Shown piece after piece: positions 57,252-64,000 of a stretch of 64,000 nt of DNA. The stretch lies in NCBI GenBank assembly GCA_964643995.1, contig CAZXUJ010000004.1, positions 8,606 through 72,605 of the forward strand. Reading direction: 5' to 3'. This stretch comes from an uncultured Candidatus Saccharibacteria bacterium (GTDB lineage Bacteria > Patescibacteriota > WWE3 > UBA101185 > UBA10185). The translations under genes were made by a program, and so were the position numbers. The stretch's first letter is position 1. The number at the start of each line of letters is the position of its first letter. The notes beneath the pieces were generated by a model that saw only the letters and a program-made list of their open reading frames with translations, was not told where the DNA came from and searched no databases.

Positions 57252-59886
57252 TTTTATATAGTTCTATCCCAAATAGGGGTAGCAGTGCCATTGTGACCGA
57301 AAGCACTAAAAAGTCACCCGTTAATGGTTGTGTATTGAGTAATGTGTTTCCTGCCTTTGTAAACACTGCTAACAGTTGTAAGGCAATTGAGCCAATAATT
57401 ACCCAGTATAGAAAAAAGTTCGGTCGCAGTTCGTTTGAAAAGACCGAATGTCTCTCAGATCTATTGTTTAATGAACGAATCATTTCGGACAATGCAAGGG
57501 TAGTAAATGCAGCGGTTTGTGCAATTGCCACAGAGACTTGAAGTCCTAAAAGAAACATCGCAAGAGTGCCCGTGGTTATTAAAACAGACTGGATTATAAT
57601 CATTGTCCAACGGTCCTTCGTAAGAAGATGTCCTCGCGGACGAGGTTTTCTTTTCATGATATCCTTTTCGCCTGGTTCCATACTTAGTGCTAGGGCAGGA
57701 GCTCCATCGGTAACAAGATTAATCCATAAAATCTGAATGGGTAGTAATGGTGTTGCAGGTGTTAATACCATAGCTACAGCTACGATCATAATTTCGGCAA
57801 TGTTGCATGAAATCAGATAGGTTATGAATTTCACCAGATTATCGTAGATTATTCTTCCTTGTTCTACTGCTTTTACTATGGTTGCATAATTGTCGTCTTG
57901 TAATATCATATCTGAGACTGCTTTTGAAACATCTGTGCCTGTGATACCCATTGAAATGCCAATGTCCGCAGTTTTGATAGCTGGGGCGTCGTTAACACCG
58001 TCCCCTGTTACTGCTACTGTTAGCTTTTGTTTCTGTAATGCTCTTACTATGTTTAATTTTTGTTGTGGCGATACTCTCGCAAATACCGTTTTGTGCTTTA
58101 AAATCTGTACTAGTTTATCGCCGGTGGCATCACCAAGTTCCATACCATCCATAGCTTCATCATCAGATGTTATTAGGCCAAGTTCTCTTGCGATGCTTGT
58201 TGCGGTTAGTCTGTGGTCTCCTGTTAGCATAATAGTATCTATCCCTGCTCTTCTCGCCAGATTCATTGCATCTTTGACCTCTGGTCGTAAGGGGTCTTTC
58301 TGTGAGATCATTCCGAGATAAACATGTTCGGTCGTAAGGATTTCATCTAGTATGTTGGCGCTCTTAGCCTCGTCAAAGGTTTTCTTCGACATTTCGCGAT
58401 AACTAAATGCCAGATTGCGTAGTCCTTTTTTTGCATAAATCTCATTGATTTCTTCAATAGATTCACTAAAGTCAGTAACCATTGTGGATACCATTTCTGC
58501 GGCACCCTTAGCAAATACCATGACTCCATCTTCATTTTGAGGGTTCTTTGTCACTACTATCATTCTTTTCGTCTCAGAAGAAAAGGGTACTTCATAAAGT
58601 CTCTTATATTGTGTTGTAAGTTCAACGATGTTCATCTCAGCGAAATGCACAAGTTCAACAAGGGCTGTCTCTGTAGGATCACCTAATGTCTCGAGCTCTT
58701 TATTCTTGATACTAAACTCGGAATTATTGCACAGTAATGCGTTAAGCAACAATTTATGTAATCTTTCGTCCTCCCTTGGTGTTATGGCGCGCTGTTTCTG
58801 TGTTAAGAATGTTTTGGTATTACTTTTTGAAGTTATAACTTCGTATGCGTCTGACGGGGTTAAAACATTGGTTGCGGTCATTTTGTTTTGTGTTAATGTG
58901 CCAGTTTTATCTGTACATACAAAATTTGTTGAACCAAGTGTTTCAACTGCTTGTAACTTTCTTACAATTGCTTTATGTTTTGCCATTCGTGAAACACCTA
59001 TAGCTAAGGTTATAGTTACAACCGCAGGCAATCCTTCTGGAATGGCGGCTACAGCTAGACTTATAGTTGTTAAAATTGTTTCTTCGAGTGCTAGCCCTTT
59101 AACAAAGCGCCCAATTACAAAAATTGCAACTATTACAAGTATTGCTGCTCCGCTTAATCTTTTTCCAACTATGTTAAGCTCTTTTCCTAATGGGGTTTCT
59201 TCATTTGAATTATCCGACAGCATGGCGGATATCTTTCCGATTTCAGTGTTTTTTCCTGTAGCTACAACTAGTGCTTTGCCCCGACCGAAAACCACACTTG
59301 TGTCTTTGTAAACCATGTTGGTCTGATCACCAATGGCCAAGCCCTCTTGTGCCAGTCTCTCAACTTTCTTAACTATTGGACTAGATTCACCAGTAAGTAT
59401 GGCTTCTGATACTTGCATTGCTACAACCTCTATCAAACGTGCATCCGCAGGAATTTTATCGCCACTTTCCAGTGTGATAATATCCCCAGGCACGAGCTCA
59501 GTTACCTCGATTTGCCTTACTTCTCCGTCACGCAATACATGCGCATATTGTGTCGAAAGCCCCTTAAGTGCTTCAATAGCACGCTCAGCACGGACCTCCT
59601 GTATATAACCCAAAACACCATTGACTACTACAATACCTAAAATGACACTAGCATCTAGAACTTCCCCTAGAGCAAATGATACTGTGGCTGCAATTATTAG
59701 TATTAAAACTAAAATGTCAGTAAATTGTTTAAAAATTTTATGAAATGTAGATTCTCGCTTAGGTTCTGGAAGTTTGTTTTTACCGTATTTCTTGTATCTG
59801 TTTTGAACTTCCTCGGTTTTTAAACCACTATCTAAAGAGGTGGAAAACTCATCTGCTATCTCTTGTACATTTTTTAGATAATACAC
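57229..59886 (-). CDS. P-type IIA cation (Ca2+-type) ATPase
   Basis: LTGES, AAIPEGLP, CTDKTGTLT, KGAAE, MLTGDH, TGDGVNDAPA, QILWINLVTD. Confidence 0.95.
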   Translation of the reverse strand: MYYLKNVQEIADEFSTSLDSGLKTEEVQNRYKKYGKNKLPEPKRESTFHKIFKQFTDILVLILIIAATVSFALGEVLDASVILGIVVVNGVLGYIQEVRAERAIEALKGLSTQYAHVLRDGEVRQIEVTELVPGDIITLESGDKIPADARLIEVVAMQVSEAILTGESSPIVKKVERLAQEGLAIGDQTNMVYKDTSVVFGRGKALVVATGKNTEIGKISAMLSDNSNEETPLGKELNIVGKRLSGAAILVIVAIFVIGRFVKGLALEETILTTISLAVAAIPEGLPAVVTITLAIGVSRMAKHKAIVRKLQAVETLGSTNFVCTDKTGTLTQNKMTATNVLTPSDAYEVITSKSNTKTFLTQKQRAITPREDERLHKLLLNALLCNNSEFSIKNKELETLGDPTETALVELVHFAEMNIVELTTQYKRLYEVPFSSETKRMIVVTKNPQNEDGVMVFAKGAAEMVSTMVTDFSESIEEINEIYAKKGLRNLAFSYREMSKKTFDEAKSANILDEILTTEHVYLGMISQKDPLRPEVKDAMNLARRAGIDTIMLTGDHRLTATSIARELGLITSDDEAMDGMELGDATGDKLVQILKHKTVFARVSPQQKLNIVRALQKQKLTVAVTGDGVNDAPAIKTADIGISMGITGTDVSKAVSDMILQDDNYATIVKAVEQGRIIYDNLVKFITYLISCNIAEIMIVAVAMVLTPATPLLPIQILWINLVTDGAPALALSMEPGEKDIMKRKPRPRGHLLTKDRWTMIIIQSVLITTGTLAMFLLGLQVSVAIAQTAAFTTLALSEMIRSLNNRSERHSVFSNELRPNFFLYWVIIGSIALQLLAVFTKAGNTLLNTQPLTGDFLVLSVTMALLPLFGIELYKISLRQKM

Positions 59887-59893
59887 GCTTGAA

Positions 59894-60385
59894 TTATACC
59901 AGTGCAGTCGTTGTTTGTTCTAATATGTTAGTGTTCCAAAACTCCAAAAGTTTTATGTTGAGATACTCGCACCTCTGTTTTCTTTGTAAATAAAACAAGT
60001 CAGCAATTGGATTTGTGATTACATGTGTAGGTTTCAGTTTCATTAGCAGTTTAGTTTGAAATTCTTCCAGTTCTACATCCGAAGCAAAGTTTCCAGGATG
60101 GTTTATTGGGAACAGTACGTCAATGGTGCTGATATTTTCTAGTACTTCCAGACGGTTTTTCAGAGGGTTAAACAACCATTCAGCATGTTTCCTATAAGCG
60201 CGGGACATTTCGTCACTATCTAAACCTACGGCTAAAAAATCTACATTAGCTTTTGCAAACTTGAAGAGACGGGTATGTCCAATGTGCAAGACATCAAAAT
60301 TACCTGTGATAAGTCCTACACTTCTGCCGTCTTTTCGATGTCTAGCAATTTTTCTAGACGCAAAGTTAATGGAACTAACTCTCAT
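59894..60385 (-). CDS. Cytidylyltransferase-family (RfaE-II/TagD-like) nucleotidyltransferase
   Basis: TGNFDVLHIGH (HxGH), AVGLDSD. Confidence 0.8.
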   Translation of the reverse strand: MRVSSINFASRKIARHRKDGRSVGLITGNFDVLHIGHTRLFKFAKANVDFLAVGLDSDEMSRAYRKHAEWLFNPLKNRLEVLENISTIDVLFPINHPGNFASDVELEEFQTKLLMKLKPTHVITNPIADLFYLQRKQRCEYLNIKLLEFWNTNILEQTTTALV

Positions 60386-60415
60386 AAGTGCATTGTATTT
60401 GATACAATCTAGAGC

Positions 60416-60901
60416 ATGCAAGTAATTGATCGAGATTCTAAACTTTGGACTTATTTATCTGAGGACATTCGTGGTCTGTTGATTGATGGTGAGGATCTTA
60501 TAGACCATGCTATGAAACACGGGGGCGAGGCAGCTTCTGATTTTTCTTATTTAGTGTTTCCTTTTGCCAAATCTTATGAGGGGTTTCTTAAGAAACTTTT
60601 TTTGGACCTAGATCTGATACAAGAGGACGAGTATTACGGTGACGACATAAGAATTGGCCGAATTCTAAACCCCCACTTTATGAAAGAGAACAAAAATATT
60701 TTTGGAAGACTTTCAGAATCCAAACATGCAGGACATGATACTGCGAATTTGATGTGGGACGTTTGGAAAAAAGGTCGTAATCAGGTTTTTCATTACTTCC
60801 CTCATAATTTTCGAAGACTATCCTATGGTGAGTCAATAGAGCTCATCCAGCAGTTTGTTCAGGCAATGCACGCAGCTGTAGCAAGTTGCCCCATTTGTTA
60901 A
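60416..60901 (+). CDS. Stand-alone RnlA/LsoA-like HEPN ribonuclease domain protein
   Basis: DFSYLVFPFAKSYEGFLKK and RNQVFH (Rx4H). Confidence 0.6.
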   Translation: MQVIDRDSKLWTYLSEDIRGLLIDGEDLIDHAMKHGGEAASDFSYLVFPFAKSYEGFLKKLFLDLDLIQEDEYYGDDIRIGRILNPHFMKENKNIFGRLSESKHAGHDTANLMWDVWKKGRNQVFHYFPHNFRRLSYGESIELIQQFVQAMHAAVASCPIC

Positions 60902-60945
60902 CATTTCATTAATTTTGTTTTTTTTCAGCTAAAGTGCTAGATTAT

Positions 60946-61100
60946 CTCTGCAACGAACGACAAGTATGCAGGTGATACACTAATACTTGTTGTAGCACCG
61001 TCAGGAATTTTTTCGGTGGCGTTGCCGTTTTGGAACCCATTGAACTTTCCAATGACAGGGGTGCCGGTATCACATATTTGTTTGCTTGTTTTCGCAGGGG
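60946..61100 (+). ncRNA. Structured rod-like ncRNA candidate (6S-like)
   Basis: Nested complementary arms CTCTGC/GCAGGG, CAAGTATG/CATATTTG, GTGATAC/GTATCAC, GCACC/GGTGC, GTCA/TGAC, GGAA/TTCC, TTCGGTGG/CCATTGAA; G-U wobbles work only on + strand. Confidence 0.55.
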
Positions 61101-61168
61101 TCATTTACCGTCGCTTCGCGGAATAAAAAATAAATTTAACCGAATCTCAGCACCTCACTTATAGCCTT

Positions 61169-62236
61169 ATGAACAAAACTAATTTTCAAAACAAAAAAAT
61201 AGCCTTGGGTATGAGTGGTGGTGTGGATTCCTCTGTTGCCGCATATTTGCTTAAGGAACAAGGTTATGAGGTCATGGGTGTTTTTATGCAATGTTGGGAT
61301 TTTAGGGCTGATGGTTGTCGTGCAGATGAAGATCGTGCGGATGCGGTCAAAATTGCCTCTCAGCTCGAAATACCATTTGTATCGCTAGATTTTGTTAAGG
61401 AGTACAAAAGCAAGGTTATTGAGCATTTCTATTCTGAGTATCGTCTGGGTAGGACTCCAAATCCAGATGTTTGGTGTAACAAAGAGATAAAATTCGGGAT
61501 GTTTCTTGAGTGGGCTTTAGTCAATAACTTTGATTATGTTGCTACCGGCCACTATGCACGGGTCGAAAAAATTGCTTACGAATTTAAATTGCTAAAGGGA
61601 TTAGATGAATCTAAGGACCAGTCATACTTTTTATACCTTTTGGACCAAGAAAAACTTTCACGTACACTCTTTCCTTTGGGAGGTTTGCGAAAGACTGAGA
61701 TTAGGAAAATCGCAAAAGAACAAAACTTCGACAACGCTTCAAAGCCTGATAGTGTAGGCATTTGTTTTATTGGTGAGGTCGACATTAAGGAATTCTTAAA
61801 AAAAGAAATTTCCCCGAAAATCGGTAATGTAGTTAATAGTTTGGGAGAAGTGCTGGGCGAGCATGATGGGGTTTGGTACTATACCGTTGGTCAAAGGCAT
61901 GGCTTTAGGGTTAAAAAGTATGTTGGGCTACCTTTATATGTTATTGGGAAAAATGTTGAGAAAAATGAGCTTATAGTCGGTTTTGTTGGTGAGGTCAATA
62001 AAAATGTGTTTGAGGTTGAAAATCCTCATTGGGTAGGTAGCATGCCGACGTTACCTCTAACGTGTGATGTTCGCATCAGACATTTAGGGGAGTTGTTTAG
62101 CTGTGTGGTCTCAAAAGTTGGTAAATCAGGGGATTTAGTCGTAACTATGGATGATGAGGTGTTTGGGGTAGCTCCTGGGCAAAGTGCGGTTTTCTATGTT
62201 GGAGATGTGCTTGTAGGCGGGGGAGTTATTAAATAG
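61169..62236 (+). CDS. mnmA: tRNA 2-thiouridine(34) synthase
   Basis: MSGGVDSS, TPNPDVWCNKEIKFG, ATGHY, KDQSYFL, DSVGICFIG, APGQSAVFY. Confidence 0.97.
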   Translation: MNKTNFQNKKIALGMSGGVDSSVAAYLLKEQGYEVMGVFMQCWDFRADGCRADEDRADAVKIASQLEIPFVSLDFVKEYKSKVIEHFYSEYRLGRTPNPDVWCNKEIKFGMFLEWALVNNFDYVATGHYARVEKIAYEFKLLKGLDESKDQSYFLYLLDQEKLSRTLFPLGGLRKTEIRKIAKEQNFDNASKPDSVGICFIGEVDIKEFLKKEISPKIGNVVNSLGEVLGEHDGVWYYTVGQRHGFRVKKYVGLPLYVIGKNVEKNELIVGFVGEVNKNVFEVENPHWVGSMPTLPLTCDVRIRHLGELFSCVVSKVGKSGDLVVTMDDEVFGVAPGQSAVFYVGDVLVGGGVIK

Positions 62237-62374
62237 GGTTTCATAAGGTTCAAGCTCCTATGGCTACAATATACGCCTAAACAGGCTTCATGTAAAACTG
62301 CCTGAATTAACCTGTAGGAGTATAGTAAGAGGCCTATTACTTCATTGAGTTTGGTGTTTAAACGGAGGTTTCCC

Positions 62375-62686
62375 ATGAAGTTTTGGACTACGAAGACGAA
62401 ACATTGGCAGACAACCCTTACGGTGGTTGAAGATCATGAAGCAGAGGTGATTGATTACCACGAGACCTTCCAGTATTGGTTGCCAAAGGTCATTGTGGTA
62501 GCAGTCTCCGGTTTGGGAATATATTTAACCCATTCCGTGTATTTTCTGCTAATTCCGTTGGGTGTTGGTTTGGCGATTGCTATAGATTGGGCGATTGGTC
62601 GTTGGGGCAAGTGGATTCGTATAGGAAAGTGGCTCCTTATACTTTTCTATACAATACCCCAATACCCCCGCAATAAGGGCATCTAA
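62375..62686 (+). CDS. Orphan membrane protein
   Basis: GGAGG SD before ATG 62375; hydrophobic C-half. Confidence 0.55.
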   Translation: MKFWTTKTKHWQTTLTVVEDHEAEVIDYHETFQYWLPKVIVVAVSGLGIYLTHSVYFLLIPLGVGLAIAIDWAIGRWGKWIRIGKWLLILFYTIPQYPRNKGI

Positions 62687-62687
62687 C

Positions 62688-63998
62688 TTATAAATCCGAG
62701 ATTTGGAGCTCACTTTCTACCACCATTACTGTATCCACATATTTTCCATTACTAACCTTTAATAGTGCCGATTCCTTAGTTGTTTCCCACATCCCATTTT
62801 CGTTAACAGCCTTATAATCAATCCCAAAAACACCTTCTCGGGTTATCTCAATTGGCTCTTTGTATTCAATCCAGTCGATATCATTGCCAATTTTGTAGTA
62901 GATGGTTCCCGTGCCAGTAAAGCTTATTGTTGGAGCAGTGGTGTACCATCCCTGATTGTCTTTTTCTCCCTCAATAAGTATTGTTGTGGATGGGAGTACG
63001 CTATCTTCTATCTCTCCAAATAGTGCAAATCTTGAAAACATACTCGTTGCTGCTGTTATTTTTTTGTTTTCCAAATCTAGCAATAAAGTCTCCAGTGGTT
63101 CCCATTGCTGTGTTTCCTCGTTGAAGTGATAAATCTTTAAAGAAGGTAAGATTACTCCTTCCATCTCTATAGCGCTGAAATCTATGGAAAGTACAACAGG
63201 TTCATACGTTTGCTTAATTGGTTTGCCTAAGAAGTTTATCAGTTTGATAAGGAATGAACTATTTTCTATATATTTTAGTGCTGGTCCAGCTAAAAAAGTT
63301 TCATCGATTTTTGGTCTGGCATAATTATATATTTCTACCACTGCATCAACCACTAGAGCACCTTCTGGGAAAAAGAGACTTTTATTTTGATTTTCAACTG
63401 TGCCAGAGTTGCCAGATTTGATTACTTGTTGTGCTTTTGGGACTCCTACATCCCATAAATATTTGCTTGTAGTTCCGGTATGGGTACCCAACGTGTCCTG
63501 CCAATCATAATTTGTCCAAGGGTCTTCCAAGTTGCTGTTCTGCCATCCGAATGGATCTACTAGGCCGGATGGAAAACTGTTTATATGCCCATTATTGTTT
63601 AGATCTTTCGTAATGTTTATGTGCAGGTGAGGCCCGGTGGTATTTCCAGTCATCCCAACCTTGCCAATGACATCTCCTGTGCCTACCAGTACAGGCACTT
63701 GCTCTGTATTAACCAAACCCGCACCCTGCAAATGCATGAAAGTGGATTCATACCCGTTTAGATGGTCAATTTTTATTGAGTGTCCACATTTATCACAGTA
63801 GTGGTAGGTTGCGTACCCAGAAGCTGGCGCTATTACAGGTGTCCCATATTCTAGTTCAAAATCTATACCGTTGTGTGAGCTGTAATACTGGGTTGGTTCA
63901 CCAGATTCAATCCCCATAAAGTTCATGGTGGTCTTGCTAAATTCAGTAGGTTCAGAAAAATATCTATATCCAAGTAATGGATACCTGTGATCGAAGTA
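62688..63998 (-). CDS. M23 metallopeptidase with C-terminal beta domains (5' end outside window)
   Basis: HNGIDF, GTPVIAPASG, FMHL, G.TGNTTGPHLH, VDPFGW; frame open to window edge. Confidence 0.88.
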   Translation of the reverse strand, partial: YFDHRYPLLGYRYFSEPTEFSKTTMNFMGIESGEPTQYYSSHNGIDFELEYGTPVIAPASGYATYHYCDKCGHSIKIDHLNGYESTFMHLQGAGLVNTEQVPVLVGTGDVIGKVGMTGNTTGPHLHINITKDLNNNGHINSFPSGLVDPFGWQNSNLEDPWTNYDWQDTLGTHTGTTSKYLWDVGVPKAQQVIKSGNSGTVENQNKSLFFPEGALVVDAVVEIYNYARPKIDETFLAGPALKYIENSSFLIKLINFLGKPIKQTYEPVVLSIDFSAIEMEGVILPSLKIYHFNEETQQWEPLETLLLDLENKKITAATSMFSRFALFGEIEDSVLPSTTILIEGEKDNQGWYTTAPTISFTGTGTIYYKIGNDIDWIEYKEPIEITREGVFGIDYKAVNENGMWETTKESALLKVSNGKYVDTVMVVESELQISDL

Positions 63999-64000
63999 GG

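Noticed and set aside
469-62676. Many short ORF-track entries antisense or out of frame to confident genes (e.g. 26825-27376, 38724-39452, 58628-59311)
   Set aside because: Shadow ORFs with no motifs or start signals
1-64000. CRISPR array or rRNA
   Set aside because: No regularly spaced 25-45 bp repeats, cas genes or rRNA-like sequence seen

Overview
Chromosomal window around the replication origin of a low-GC Patescibacteria (CPR) bacterium, probably of the Microgenomates/WWE3 type (inferred from gene content; standard code 11). It contains murT-gatD, oriC with DnaA boxes and DnaA-trios, dnaA, and rpmH-rnpA-yidD-yidC-jag-dnaN. Next is a ~17 kb T4SS-like/pilus locus: VirB4, PrgI, a VirB6-like protein, a giant M23-tipped protein, three short VirB2/TrbC-type pilins, three pilins fused to cysteine-rich repeat/knottin-like ectodomains, and SpoIID. 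A 4.2 kb element is integrated at tRNA-Ser(CGA); it encodes a wHTH regulator, a small protein, an HUH rolling-circle Rep and a large serine recombinase whose att core lies inside its own 3' end. The rest holds scattered orphan mini-genes with their own promoter/SD/hairpin (including a tandem pair of Zn-finger microproteins), pentose-phosphate genes (with an Rpe-LOG fusion), GT-C glycosyltransferases, ATP-dependent ligase, recF, mutM, a P-type ATPase, an RnlA-like HEPN protein followed by a rod-shaped (6S-like) ncRNA candidate, and mnmA. All calls come from motif recognition by eye; no database searches were run.
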